63,725 bases of DNA, filler included, from Stramenopiles sp. TOSAG23-3 (GCA_900128585.1; 28 parts of 28 records of this genome joined end to end with filler, not necessarily neighbours in it), one strand, 5' to 3'; numbered from the whole stretch's first letter, positions 46,424 through 59,300 are shown. Made by a program: numbers and translations. The notes: a model not told the origin generated them from the letters alone.

Positions 46424-47002
46424 TCAAAAGAGTCCCTCGCGAATGATCGGCAAGGTCACCTTCAACGTCTCGGTCTTTGCATCGTACTCTGCCTTGCCCT
46501 GCTCGTCTCGTACTGCATGCGGCAAATATGTACACAACCGATACTTTGGGGACTGCGCGACTATCTTTTGTTTTTCCACTTTCAAATCCAAATCTTTCAA
46601 CTTTTCGCCCGGGAACTGCACGCGGACGACGATGACCCCCGCCGTGACCGTAGAGGGCGTTTTGCTCCCAAGGCCCAGGTAAATGTCTTCACTCCCAACG
46701 TGCTGCTTGTAGTTGATCTCGTAGTCTGGGACCGCCCTCCCGTCGTCCTCAAAGTCTGGGTCCCGTGCGTCAACTTCTTCGTCGTCCCATATGGCGTTGG
46801 GGTCCTTCTCCTTCTTCTTGTCCTCCAGGGCCTGCGCCGCCTTCTCCTTGTCCAGACGGATTCTATCCGCGGGTGTGATTACATTTACAGTCCCCCCCTT
46901 TCCCCGAGACGCCTCTTCCAGGCGCTTCTGCTGTTCCGTCTGCGCCTCTTCCATCATGCTGGTGAGCGCAGTAAGGTTGCCGACGTCCCCAAAGGCGGCC
47001 AT
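46424..47002 (-). CDS. DNAAF6: Dynein axonemal assembly factor 6 (PIH1D3)
   Basis: IWDDEEV, PDYEINYKQHVGSEDIYLG, SPKYRL, LKVTLPI (CS domain). Confidence 0.92.
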   Translation of the reverse strand: MAAFGDVGNLTALTSMMEEAQTEQQKRLEEASRGKGGTVNVITPADRIRLDKEKAAQALEDKKKEKDPNAIWDDEEVDARDPDFEDDGRAVPDYEINYKQHVGSEDIYLGLGSKTPSTVTAGVIVVRVQFPGEKLKDLDLKVEKQKIVAQSPKYRLCTYLPHAVRDEQGKAEYDAKTETLKVTLPIIREGLF

Positions 47003-47174
47003 GCTGTTCTACGTTAGTCGCTGGTGAAGGTCGTAGAAACAAACAAACAAACGGTAGTAAACACAGTACAAAAAACAACAACAAGAAATAATTCGTACTC
47101 CATGATCATGTAATTAATTTCTCATCCTTTCTTTTTAACACAATGGTTCATTAACCAATAAGTCTTAATTCTAC

Positions 47175-47770
47175 TTCACTTCTTCTTCTTTTTCTTACTA
47201 TTAATTTTTTTTGTTCTTGTGTTGTTGTTGTTGTGTTTGTTTTAAAAAAAAATGTTTTTTTATTATTTTTTTTGAATTCTTTTTCTTCTTCTTCTTCTTC
47301 TTCTTCTTCTCTGTTTTTTCTTCTTCTTCCTTTTCTTCTTCTTCTGTTGTTTCTTCTTCTTTCTTCTTCTTCTTCTTATCATTCCAGCTGTTGTTTCTTC
47401 TAATAAATTATCCTCATTCTTCCTATAGTGTTATACTATTATAGGTATAATGTAAGTTAATATAAACATAACATGGTGGTTCTCTTTTCAAATTTTTTTA
47501 TTTTTTTTATTCTTTCTTCTTCTTCTTGTTCTTCTTGTTCTTCTTCTTCTTCTTCCTCTTCTTCTTCTTGTTGTTGTTCTTCTTCTTCTTTCTTCTTCTT
47601 CTTTCTTCTTCTTCTTCTTCTTCTTCTTCTACTTCTTCTTTCTTCTTCTTCTTTCTTCTTCTTCTTCTTCTTCTTTCTTCTACTTCTTCTCTCTTCTCTC
47701 TTCTTCTTTCTTCTTTCTTCTTCTTCTTCTTCTTCTTCTCTTCTTCTTCTTCTTTCTTCTTTCTTCTTGC
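47175..47770. repeat. (TTC)n-rich low-complexity tract
   Basis: Long imperfect TTC/TTTC runs. Confidence 0.95.
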
Positions 47771-47957
47771 GAAAATTTCATCCATCAATCACATATGCAC
47801 ACACATCGAATATCTCATAATATATCTCATCAACAATTTTTTAAAATTTATTTCCTTNNNNNNNNNNNNNNNNNNNNNNNNNNNNNNNNNNNNNNNNNNN
47901 NTTAATTAATTAANNNNNNNNNNNNNNNNNNNNNNNNNNNNNNNNNNNNNNNNNNNN

Positions 47958-50127
47958 TAAAAAGTTTCGCAAACTTTCAATCTCTTTCTCGTTCGATGGG
48001 CTGTCTGCGAGTCGTGCTGCCAACGCTTCATATCTTACGACAAGCTCTGAGTAGGAATTTTTAGAGTTTTCAAGAAGTGCGTTTGCTATATGTTTTACAA
48101 TAGAATCCGCCTTTTCTGCAATTGTTCTCTTTACAAAAGAGCAATCGATTACAAACATCCCTCGATGCTCGATATCAAACGTCTTGGACAACACTTCATC
48201 TCTGATGTACGCAAAACGTCTGACTTCGGACTGAATGTCAATAGGACCATTGCCTCCCAGATACGGATCAAATAGCTCTAATTGTTGCTCCGACTTTCTC
48301 CTTCTATGCACTTCGGACAAACCGTTAGCAAACACCGCTGATACTCGCCTACCTACGTTTTTTCTTCTATTTTGCTCTGCCTGAGTCTCCTTTCTGATAC
48401 CCAGTCTAATGAACAACCGGCGCACAAAATAAGACTCGTTAATTTTCAAAATTTCAGAATACTCTCGGTATAGTTTTGCAATAATTTCAATGGCTTCCAG
48501 CTGAGTGCCAAGCAGCCTGTCTACAATTTCTTCTGTCTTATTGCACTCTTTTGCTAATTTATCCTCATTAGAACCCAACATGCTTTTCCCTTCTTCTGCA
48601 AGAAATTGGAAAACGGCACTGTCTATGTATTCAAGAGATCTGCATTCTTCAAACCCGTACCTCACAACGTCTGAAATTTTGCCTTTAATTTCTTTCAAAG
48701 AGGGCTCAAAGTTTACGAAATTATATTCTACAGACTCCATGTCTATGATCATTTGGAGAGAACATTCTCCGTTCGCGGGAGGAGTCAAAAACTGCAATAA
48801 ATTCTGGCACGTTCTCTTTTTACACTGATCATGAAAACTATACGGTTGCAATGGCGGTGGTAGCATTAGCGGCAAGCACACCGTATCCTTGTTACGGTTC
48901 GCAAGTTTCTCGATAGATTTCCCGAGAAAGTCAGTTCGAATGCATGCCAATTCACCACTGCTCAGTTCTTTGTGCTGGAAAAATCCTAACCACTTCTCAA
49001 ACGACCGCTCGATCAGTCTAGACAGCTGGTCCTTCATTTCCAAACTCAACCTCCTAATTATTCGAAAAGCTCTTCTGTCAAGTTGCTCTGCTTTAATTGT
49101 ATAAAAATCAAAGTTGGGCCGCAAAAGATGGAGATTTTGCAATGCTACTACAATTTCGTTCCGCCACATAATTGTTAATTGCTTTACTACGGCATCGACA
49201 TGAAGCATCTGGATCTTGATAAATTTCCCAAACTGTATAATGTTGCCTATAGCAGCACTGCGCAATTGAAAGAGCGGTTTCCTTCGAAATATGTGATTTA
49301 AACTTTTTCGGTGTTGTCTCGCAGTTACCAAGTTGCCCCCTTGTGTTTTTTCGGCCAAATGAATCTTCTCAATGCCTGACACAGGAACTGGGTTGGGGTA
49401 ATTTTGGTCCCTCGTTAAGTGCAAGCATATATCCGAGTGGGTCGTAAAAATATCAGTTTCGAACATTTCTACTTCCTCAAAATGGGGATACCATACCTGG
49501 GTGCCCAAAGAAATAACACTGTACACAATATCGCGAAGAAACAGAGCCGAACGCTTTAAGTTTGCATGCATACTTTCTCCCGCTCTTAATCCTCTGATGG
49601 CCCGCGCTCTGTTAAAACTAGTCATTTCTTTTGCCGGCAGTATCTGCTCCGGCGAAGGCAGTCTACAGAAAAATCGAAGAGCATCGTTTACCGGATGCAT
49701 TAAGCTGTAAATTGCCGTGGCTTTCTTCTGTGAATCTTTGTATTGAGTCCCAATTTCAAAAATAATACTTTCCACCACCCGCTTTTTTTTCTCTGCGTAG
49801 TACGGGTTTCCTGGTATTGATGACCTCCCTACGAAAGCGACCTTGTCAAGAATTCGCCGCTGCAACATTTCAGGAAGATCTAAATCTTTCGAATCGTTCT
49901 GCTTGTTAACATAGTGCATAAAACGCAGCACCGTTTTGGTGTGATTTCTCTCCTCTACTGCGTCTGCGACGGTTTTCTCTACCACCGCTTTGTTGTCACC
50001 TGGAAAGACAAGGTGCATTCGTCGAAGTTTTTTTACAATTGGAACGTCAATGAAGCTAATGATGTACAGAGAATCCTTCGGGTCATAGCTCAGGACTTCA
50101 CAGTTACGCCAAGTCCATTGGCCATCA
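47958..50127 (-). CDS. Inner-arm (DNAH1-like) dynein heavy chain N-terminal region (partial at both ends)
   Basis: Frame open across the whole contig: WRNCEVLSYD...KLRRMHLVF at the start; FEPSL, IDCSFVK and PSNEKEI near the stem. Confidence 0.65.
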
Positions 50128-50227
50128 NNNNNNNNNNNNNNNNNNNNNNNNNNNNNNNNNNNNNNNNNNNNTTAATTAATTAANNNNNNNNNNNNNNNNN
50201 NNNNNNNNNNNNNNNNNNNNNNNNNNN

Positions 50228-50315
50228 AAGCTAAATTTTAATTGCATACTTTAAATAACAGCCAATTTTGTGTACAGAATTTAAGATATGATATGATAAA
50301 TGATAAACTGAATTA
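50228..50315 (+). mobile_element. Family B fragment (50228-50270) and family E core (50302-50315)
   Basis: AAGCTAAATTTTAATT...AAATAACAGCCAATTTTG; GATAAACTGAATTA. Confidence 0.7.
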
Positions 50316-50386
50316 CGAACCCTTAATTCTTAGCTTTTGCTTTTTTTATTCACTCCTCACCAACTGGCCGTGCTAATAACAACCTC

Positions 50387-52397
50387 CTACCTCGGTAAAA
50401 TCTCTGCAGCTTCGCCCATGGGAATTACACTCACCCCAGTTGATACGACCAAAATACCCTCGTTGTGGTACCCGGACAGTTTTGTTGTCGTGTCGCAAGA
50501 ACTTGGTGAACTTCTTTTAACATATTTTAATACTTTCACAGCACTCTGCTCACACTTGGTACTTTTACATGTTCCATCATCAAATTGAATTTCATCAATT
50601 TGTTCTACTGTGCACTCTGGGGCAGGTAATCTACCAACTTTAAGCGGTACAATAGAAATGGTCTCAGAGCAGACTATCTCTTCACCTTGTCGCAGTTCAT
50701 ATCGGTCTAATTTCTTAATAATTTTTGTTTTATACCCGCGAATCATCCAAAGATGTCCCAGCGTCGGGGCGCACTTTAACACGTACTTTCTGGTTGTGAT
50801 AAGGTCATCGTGTGTTGCAGGCAGTGACACAGCAGGTATATTTAATTTTATGAGTAGAGAGATTGGGTCTCCTACGATTCCATATTTGGGAATCTCTACA
50901 GAGGCGTGGGCACTACAAATATTAGTCGCAACCGGAAAAACATCTGGCTTGTTCACACGAGGCATAGAGGCCGTACATTCTGCTATGCATGTATCTGACA
51001 TCTCCCCATCAGCATCATTCGAAAATTTGTATTTCACGATAATTTTTATGCCCGTCTCGTTTCCTTCAGAACTAGGACACTGGAATGTATACGTGAGCGC
51101 TGCTTGATCGTTGTTGTGAAGCACAAGCGGGTAGAGTGCTTGCGCGGGCCTGTTCACTATTTGTAAATTTTCCATGTGCGATTCAACAACGTGAATGCAC
51201 GGGGTATTGTCAACACCCATGCTGTTTTCATCGATCGCTGGAACAAATTCCAGGCCCACTTTTATCGCGCAGAGAGTGGCATTTATGCGTTTTATTACAG
51301 GCTTTAGTTTTAACGTGGGGCGGGTAATCAACGAAGGGTCATAGATGTCAACACAGAAACGTTTGCAAAGCCTCTTGTAAAAAATGTTCTTCGGACTGTC
51401 AAGACCGATGAATGATTTCTGTTTGGTATTAAGATCAAACCGAAGGCCATCACCAATGTATACAGATACTGTTTTTACACAATAGCACCCAGCTTCTTCG
51501 AAAGAATAATTTACAGAAAATCGATTGGACCCTCGGGCCAGTGTTCCGCCAGCATCGTTTATTTTCCCGTCCACACAAGTGCCCGTCACCTTCATCGTGT
51601 TCGTTGCTGGGGCGTTCTTGCTTGCAATATTTAAGTCGGCATATCCAGTGCTGCCGTTCATTGAATCTAACCGACACAATGTAACAATGATATCACTGAC
51701 ACGCAGTGGTTCATTTGTACAATTTTGAACATCGAAGTGAAGGGTCCACGTGCCGGTAGTCACTGCGACACGTGGCACTTCTTCTATTTCGCCAGCCCCC
51801 TTCAGTGGAGGAAACTTTAATGCCAGAAACCCTTGGCCTGAAGATCGGCGCTCATGTTCAGAAAAAGAATAACGAGAATTGACAGTTTCCGATGAAGTTC
51901 TTTCGGATTCGTTTTCTTCTCTTGCGTTTACCACAGCACGAGGGAGTTCGTCTAGCACATGGGGCAAGATGGAGGGCAGCATTTCCGGGCAAGCCTCCAA
52001 AATCGGGGGGTGCAGCAAAGACATAGCACTGTCTATGAACCCGTTTGTATTGCTTAATTTTCTATAGCAATAGGCCAGCCACGTGGTATTTACAGCTTCC
52101 GCTCTTTTCCATCCATCTTGTATGTAAACTTTGTCTATCTGCTTAAAATACTTCACAGCGCCAGCAAAGTTACCACCCGTTACTAAAATCGACGCCATGT
52201 CAGAGTACAGGATTACGGCATGGCGCTTGTACGATATCACTATAGTGTTTCCTTTTGGTTGCCCGGTAAGCTGGGACAGCTCTTCGTAAACTCGTAGCGC
52301 GGGCAAAATGAAAAGGTCGCGTAGCACTTTGATAAAGCCCTTCACAGAAAGGACCATTTCCTCCGTTCTAGAATCGAACCCCAAAATACGAATGTCG
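50387..52397 (-). CDS. TRAPP II subunit TRAPPC10/Trs130-like (5'-partial)
   Basis: YIQDGWK helical region; C-terminal WMIRG and VPLKVGRLPAP motifs. Confidence 0.65.
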
Positions 52398-53283
52398 NNN
52401 NNNNNNNNNNNNNNNNNNNNNNNNNNNNNNNNNNNNNNNNNTTAATTAATTAANNNNNNNNNNNNNNNNNNNNNNNNNNNNNNNNNNNNNNNNNNNNAAT
52501 TATTAATCAAATCAAGGTCGTCTATTACGTGTGCGAACATTTTAAAGTGTACACTAATTGCACTGCGCCAAAACTTCTTTCTTTCTTTGTTTGTTTGTTT
52601 CTTTCTTTCTTTCTTTCTTTCTTTCTTTAAATAATAAATAAAATATGTGATGATTGATTGATTATAATTTTTATCTCAATTTATTCATTCATTCACTTGA
52701 CTTATTTATAGACGACTAGTTGGTATAATTTAATGCTACCTACGTCCTGTTATTATTCGTACCGTACTTCGTTCATTCAATACAGGGGTGTTTTTGTTGT
52801 TGTTTTATTGTTAGTAGGAAGTAGCAAGGCAATAAATAATAAAACAAGAAATAATAAATAAATCCAAAATTTCGTTATGATTTTAACTCCGTGCACATTG
52901 GAAATGCTGTGATAATGTACTACTTAACTGGTAAGAAGAAGAAGAAGAAAGAAAAAAAAGTAAAATGTTGTAGTCTATTATATAATAATATATAATTAAT
53001 ATTAATAATAAATAATAATAATGATGGTGTTATATAGTCTAATAATGGTGTTATATATATTGAGAGAAAGAAAAATCAATCAACATTAAAACAATCAGCA
53101 ATCTTCAATCGAATCCAATCTAACATAATAGGCAAAATCTTTACTTTAATTTAGAAAACAGTAGGCATAGGCAAACCAGTCTATACGGGATTGTACATAT
53201 ATATATTCGCAGTTCAACAGTTTTCATTTCTTGCAACGAGTTTCAGCGCATCGAAACCATCCTTGCAAGCTTGGTAGGGTTCA

Positions 53284-53769
53284 ATGAGCGTGTTAGCCGG
53301 TGAGTCGCCCGAAAACTCTCCGAGAGATAGCAAACTTTGTAACGATGATCTTGTGAAAGCCAGGGACAGTCTGTTCGCTTTTATGGACCAGATGGACATC
53401 AGGGATAGCGTTAAATTAGAAGATCTTGAGGACGATTCAGGCGATTCAGACGATTCAGACGATTCTGCTGAATCTGAAGATTCAGCCGAGAAGTCTGCAA
53501 TGACCACAGCAAAGCATGTAAAATCACCAATTTTGATGAAAGCATTAAAGGAGAGTAGAAACCAAACCGAAAGTTTTCATGCCCCTTCCCCGACTGTTGG
53601 GCCCAAGCCGCCGGCACCAAAGGTGAGGACGGCACCGCGGAGCGCAAACTTAGAAGATCGTTTTCCGAAATTAATATCGGACGGAAAACGCCCGAAAGAA
53701 AAGAAGCCCCAAGTGTCCTCTTGGTTCGCTTGCTGTGCAGGCGAAAGAGACGACGACGATTCAGACTGA
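53284..53769 (+). CDS. Small acidic hypothetical protein with near-terminal CC motif
   Basis: 161-aa ATG-initiated ORF ending SSWFACCAGERDDDDSD. Confidence 0.7.
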   Translation: MSVLAGESPENSPRDSKLCNDDLVKARDSLFAFMDQMDIRDSVKLEDLEDDSGDSDDSDDSAESEDSAEKSAMTTAKHVKSPILMKALKESRNQTESFHAPSPTVGPKPPAPKVRTAPRSANLEDRFPKLISDGKRPKEKKPQVSSWFACCAGERDDDDSD

Positions 53770-53893
53770 GGGTTGCGTTCGTTGACATGGTGCGTGTTTC
53801 TCTTTATGCATTAGACGAGGTCAGAATTGTAATTATTAAATAGAAGAGTAGAGAGACCCGAAACGCAAGAAACTATATCATACAGATGTGCAT

Positions 53894-54159
53894 ATCATAA
53901 CATTAAATCAAGAAAATTGGCTGTTATTTAAGTAATTAAAATTAATGTACTGCGAACTGAACTCTACTGGTGTGATTTTAGTATAATCAACATTTTATCC
54001 TGAGTGAAAACGCGTTTAACGCCATAAGACCCATAATCAACTTCCTCATCCAATATCTCACTCATAGAAAAAACAAATTATGTAGTATGCTTTAGATCAT
54101 AAACATTAAATGTTTATTTGTGATGTAAGAAAAAAATAACAGCCAATTTTTCTTGTTTT
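53894..54159. mobile_element. Family A insertion 53909-54095 (-) with target-site duplication, plus opposite core 54134-54159 (+)
   Basis: Flanked by ATCATAACATTAAAT (53894-53908) and ATCATAAACATTAAAT (54096-54111). 54028-54068 matches 63673-63713. Confidence 0.85.
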
Positions 54160-54280
54160 AGCTAATTTTTTGATTATGATATTAAGTGATCTTAAAACTT
54201 GTATTTATATCATATCATATGTTGAAGAAAACAAATTTAAGTCAACGTTGAAAAACAAAAATATGTCTTTAACAAATTTC

Positions 54281-54666
54281 TCACTTTTCACCGCAGCACA
54301 TACCGAAAAAGCTACTGATGGACTTCTTTTCCTTTTTCGCACTTCTAGCTTCAATCTTAGACAACACCGTTTCGCCACCATCCATTTTTCTCAGACGCCT
54401 CGCCAGATCATTTATTTCAGACGCGAGGCGAAGTTTCTCTTGTGACTGCGACGGAGCAGCTCTGGACGCATTCTCCTCTGCCGTCTTTTTTGGAGTAATT
54501 GGTTCTAAATTCCTGCGATCCACGGCGCTATCGTCACTGTTGACGCAGTCGTCATCGTTTCCAGGTTCGTGATACAGGGCCTTTTCTGTCTCAAAAACTT
54601 TCTCTAATCTCTGCTTGTGCGCTTTAAAGTTTTTCTCCATCCCATTCAAGGTAGACGCAATCGACG
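54281..54666 (-). CDS. C-terminus of a hypothetical protein ending in a CC motif (5'-partial)
   Basis: Frame ends KKSISSFFGMCCGEK*. Confidence 0.7.
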
Positions 54667-54805
54667 NNNNNNNNNNNNNNNNNNNNNNNNNNNNNNNNNN
54701 NNNNNNNNNNTTAATTAATTAANNNNNNNNNNNNNNNNNNNNNNNNNNNNNNNNNNNNNNNNNNNNAGGAGACATTGTTCTTGAACTGACACCTTCTTCT
54801 TTTCT

Positions 54806-54883
54806 TTAATTTTAATTACTATAAAAAATAACAGCCAATTTTTCTTGTTTTAATTTATAGATAAACTGAATTAGTTTTTTTTT
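54806..54883 (+). mobile_element. Core copy (54806-54852) followed by family E motif (54859-54883)
   Basis: TTAATTTTAATTACT...AATAACAGCCAATTTTTCTTGTTTT; AGATAAACTGAATTAGTTTT. Confidence 0.8.
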
Positions 54884-54899
54884 ATTTCTCAACACATGT

Positions 54900-56276
54900 T
54901 TACACCCAGTTTGATCCACCACTTGGCTTATAAACTTGAACTTTTCTAGCCAACTTGCGAAGTATTAGTGCAAATGCATCTTCTTTTTTTGATTTCGGTT
55001 GTTGGTAAGTAAAGTGAATCCATGACTTGCGAAGTTCTTTCAGCATTTTGACAATTCTTTGTTTTGGGATTGAAAGTAAAATGCTCTTCAGATTAGAAAT
55101 GTCAGATTCCATCACTTTCACAGTAAACTTACGATAATCAATAAATTCTTCGAACGGGAGTTCAATATTGTCTGCAATAATTACAGGGATACACCCAAGA
55201 GCAACAGAATCAAAAAAACGACGTGACCATGGGGCAAAGCCTCTTGGGCATAAACAAAAAAGTGACGATTTTACTTCTTCTAAATAATTCTTAGAAGGTC
55301 CTTCATATATTTTCATCATCGGGTCACTTTTATATGTCCGCAGCAAATATTGCCGAACACCGTTACTGTAATGGGGACTAAATCCACCTTTTATCTTAAG
55401 CGCGTAGTGGCCAACATCATGATACCAATTAACAGTTCCTCGGAAATGAGCAAAAATTGATTTGTTCTTTAAATTTATAGACTTGTCCCCTTTACCCTCA
55501 TTCCACAGCCGCGAATCCTTCATCAAGGGAGGGATAACAATATCTTTGTATGTACTGAAACATCCCATGTTTAAATCGCCTAAGTGGCTCAAGAAGATAG
55601 AATTCCGCAATTCTTTAAAATATATGTGATCAGTATTGTCTAACCACGACAGGCAACCTCCAAAGTCATGGACAAAGGGCCATATATGATCGCGTCCTTG
55701 TGTTCGTTTCCAATAGGGCATTTCATTTATTATATATCTCAAAACCTCTTCAATGAGAAATCTATACTTTGGAAATTGGCTAAAGGACCGATAAACCAAA
55801 CACGTCGCATATACAGGTATAAAAAAAAAATCGGCTTGTTCAGGGTCCCAAGTCCGCACCCCATGCACGTTGTCTAAAAGTTGTTTGTGAACATAAATTT
55901 CGGAAGAGAAAACCCCATTATTGCACCAAGGATTTCGCTTACGAATGAGTACATTAGCCCACAAAGGAAGTTCATAAACGTATATTTTAAAATTAAAACG
56001 CTCATCTAGAGAGCTTGTAGTCCCAAAAGAAGTATCATGTAAGTATAACTTTGAAAGCTGATTTTTATCCACGGATATAGGTTTTGTACGACCGAAAAGT
56101 TTAAAATTCTGAGAGTTATCATTAAATGTTCGAGGATTTTCCACCATAGAAACAAAACTTAGCTTGGATCGCTCCCATATTCCATGGCGAGCACTACCCA
56201 GAAAGTAATTGTGAACCAAAATAAAAAATACCAGAATTATTAAAGTCATTGACACATACTTATAGTGACAGTTCAT
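54900..56276 (-). CDS. Exostosin-family glycosyltransferase (GT47), type II membrane protein
   Basis: KIYVYELP, DPEQADFFFIPVY, GRDH, FCLCPRG, GCIPVIIAD. Confidence 0.93.
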   Translation of the reverse strand: MNCHYKYVSMTLIILVFFILVHNYFLGSARHGIWERSKLSFVSMVENPRTFNDNSQNFKLFGRTKPISVDKNQLSKLYLHDTSFGTTSSLDERFNFKIYVYELPLWANVLIRKRNPWCNNGVFSSEIYVHKQLLDNVHGVRTWDPEQADFFFIPVYATCLVYRSFSQFPKYRFLIEEVLRYIINEMPYWKRTQGRDHIWPFVHDFGGCLSWLDNTDHIYFKELRNSIFLSHLGDLNMGCFSTYKDIVIPPLMKDSRLWNEGKGDKSINLKNKSIFAHFRGTVNWYHDVGHYALKIKGGFSPHYSNGVRQYLLRTYKSDPMMKIYEGPSKNYLEEVKSSLFCLCPRGFAPWSRRFFDSVALGCIPVIIADNIELPFEEFIDYRKFTVKVMESDISNLKSILLSIPKQRIVKMLKELRKSWIHFTYQQPKSKKEDAFALILRKLARKVQVYKPSGGSNWV

Positions 56277-57033
56277 TTCCAATGAGGCACAGTATATACC
56301 TGTTTCGGAGTGCGTGCAAGCTCTACCGTTTCACCGCGCTAAATCTACTTCCCGGAATGTACCAAGTATTTTACCGCGATGGGTTTCAGTTCTATTGCAT
56401 CACACCGCAGAATCTCTCTGGCATTTGCAAACAATATTAGATAAATACTAAGTAGAGGAGGAAAACAAATATTTACTTTTTCACAATTGTATCGCATCGC
56501 GCATCGCAGGTCGCAGGACCTCTCTCTAACCTTTTTGCAAGCTTCCAGTCATCAAGATTCAAAATGATGCTACTGCTATACTATTGAATAGAGAATTCAT
56601 CATATTATAGTGTGTGAGGAGGCCGCAGCAGAATAGTAACTTTTTACCAGGAGGTTGCTAAAATAAGGCCCTTAAAAAAGCAACTGCTTTTTTTATCTAA
56701 CGCTGTGTGTGTGATACTAATGATTTACAACACACAACATGGAATATATTTTCTCGACTTTTTTTTGTAATTAAAGTTTATTTCCTGTCTAAAATTACGG
56801 CAGGTCTGGGTAAACAAAAGAAATCGAAAGAACTGATTTTTTATAGAGAGACGAAACGAGCCATGATTTTTATTAATTATATCCTAATTGGCACTAATAC
56901 AATATGTATACATAATAGTATGAAAATATGATTNNNNNNNNNNNNNNNNNNNNNNNNNNNNNNNNNNNNNNNNNNNNTTAATTAATTAANNNNNNNNNNN
57001 NNNNNNNNNNNNNNNNNNNNNNNNNNNNNNNNN

Positions 57034-59200
57034 GTTGCCATATTTTCCTTGATATAGGCGTGCAACCCTTTTGTTGCTAAAAATGACAAATAGTAACGTT
57101 GTGCCTTTTCCATTGATTGGCTGGGAACCAAAAGAGTCAAAAGAGACATAATTCTGCCCGCGTGGCCTGCTGCACAGTGCTGATAGCCCCCCTTTTTTTT
57201 GCTGTAAACGACGTCTTTCAAAAATGTTATGTAATCTTGGTCCAAAAATAGTTTTGGGACGTCAATATGGTCATCGGGATCCATGTTCATGTGCAGGGTG
57301 GACAATGCACCCGGAGAGTCTTCATTTTTTGAACTCCCGGTCGGAGAAAGGCTCTGGTGCGATTTTAAGAGAGACATCGTCCCAACGGATACAGCCCGCC
57401 GAACCCTGCTTCCCGCACCAACAGTTCTCCTGGGGTCTAAGCGGCTTACCACACCGTTACGGAAATGGAAGGAAGCACGAGCACGGCCCTCCATGCAACT
57501 GAAATTTTTGATCGAGTTGCAAGCTGTTTGAATTGCTTCTGCCCACGATGCGGTGTTGTCCTCATCATCACCTTGGAGTGCACAGTAGTGAACTTCTTTC
57601 GTATCCTTGCTCATTACGTCAAACGACAGCTTTCCCTTTTTGCGCACTTTGCAGTTGCACAGCCACAGCCTTGATTTACAATGCGATGGGGTGTCTTCAC
57701 CGTAGAATTCGTACAAATACTGATAAGTTAGTATGAAATACCGTTTTTTCTTGCTGCCGATCATCGAAGACAACCCATGCACACTCTGCTTGAGCAGATT
57801 CCCTTCCTTATTCCGAAAGACAATGCAACTTGCAGGTCGATCAGCACTACATGCGCACTTGTCTGCTATAATTTTAAGTGCTAGGCATCGCAACTTTGAG
57901 GACGAAGTGTTTCTGGCGATCGTAAACAGCGAGGAGGGAGAAAAATGAGCAAACACTCTCTCTTCCGAGCCTTTCAGGTCGAATGATCCAGCTTGAGAGA
58001 GAACGAACGCCCCGACGTCATTTTGCCCAGGGCTTACTAGAAAAGCCGCCGCGCCCAATGCTCGACCTAGTATATCTGCAGTGGGCACGATCAGGCGTCG
58101 AAGGATCCTCGCCTGGTTCCTTTGTTTGCTCTCGGAGAGTAAGCTGGCCGTGCGCGCGATCAAAAACGTGATGTCCTCCCACAAATTTCGAGGCTCAAAC
58201 TTGGACAAAGAAAAGTCTTTAAAATTGAGCGTTTCGCCAACTGCCAACTTCCACTTCGGATCTGAAATAATTTCGAGCAGAAATTCGAGATCACTGACTT
58301 TAGCCATTATTTTAACAAGGCTCCTCCACGCTAACACGATGATTTCGCCTCTATCATAGTGACCCTGCCTACGAAAGCTTACCTTTTTGGTAAGCGTAAA
58401 ACTCATCGTTTTTGATAACTTTACGTCGGCACTAGGGCCTTGTTGGTTCTGTTTGGGAACTACGGATTTAATTATACTATCAAAGCAGGCCATGCAAGAG
58501 TCTTTGGTGCCCAGTTCTACATCAGCTCCTTCGATGAGCAGCGAGTCTAAATCACGGACAGACGTCAGAGGCACACCCCAGCTGCTCCTTGTTGCTCTCT
58601 CAAAAGATTCTCGCTGGTAGAATTTAAGCATTACCCTTCCATGGTTTTTCCTCTCACTAAAGATGTAATCAGCAATGTCGAATTGTGGGGATCTTGTCCA
58701 GTCAAAAACACTCAAATTGTTTATTCCCACGATTCTGTCTCCAGGCATGATTGACACCAAGTGCGCTTCAGAGTACTTTTCGACTCGCTTGATGCGCCCC
58801 GACGGCCCGACAATGAGCCCCAACGGAGACTTCGATACGAACGTATGTTCTTGGCAATCGGCCAGCATCGATTCGTCGAAGTCCTCGTCACTGTCCAGCC
58901 CCGGAAAAAACGATTTGTCTACAGCAATATCGATTTTGGGATTTCTTGGAGAGAAAATAATAATCTGACCCGAAATCGTCGCGGGAATGGATCGAATGCG
59001 CCCAAACGCGTTACTGGAACGAACGACAGATAGCTGGTGCAAAAGTTTTCTGTTGAAAACGGACGACCGTTGCTTCGACGAGACACTTTGAAAAGTCGAT
59101 AGTGAAAGGATTGTATTCCCAATCACTTTGGATGTGGCACAAGGCGCCCCTACAGCGTGCTGTTTGAGCAATATGTACAAGTAGCATCCTCCCAATTCCG
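57034..59200 (-). CDS. PDZ- and PH-domain protein (partial at both ends)
   Basis: PLGLIV...IMPGDRIVGIN (PDZ); KEGNLLKQ...KKRYFIL...WAEAIQ (PH). Confidence 0.8.
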
Positions 59201-59300
59201 NNNNNNNNNNNNNNNNNNNNNNNNNNNNNNNNNNNNNNNNNNNNTTAATTAATTAANNNNNNNNNNNNNNNNNNNNNNNNNNNNNNNNNNNNNNNNNNNN

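Noticed and set aside
47211-47909. Poly-Phe/Ser/Lys/Glu ORFs
   Set aside because: They are by-products of (TTC)n low-complexity DNA.
53909-54159. MITE with TIRs formed by the two opposite cores
   Set aside because: The left insert has its own TSD ending at 54111, and most other copies are unpaired or tandem.
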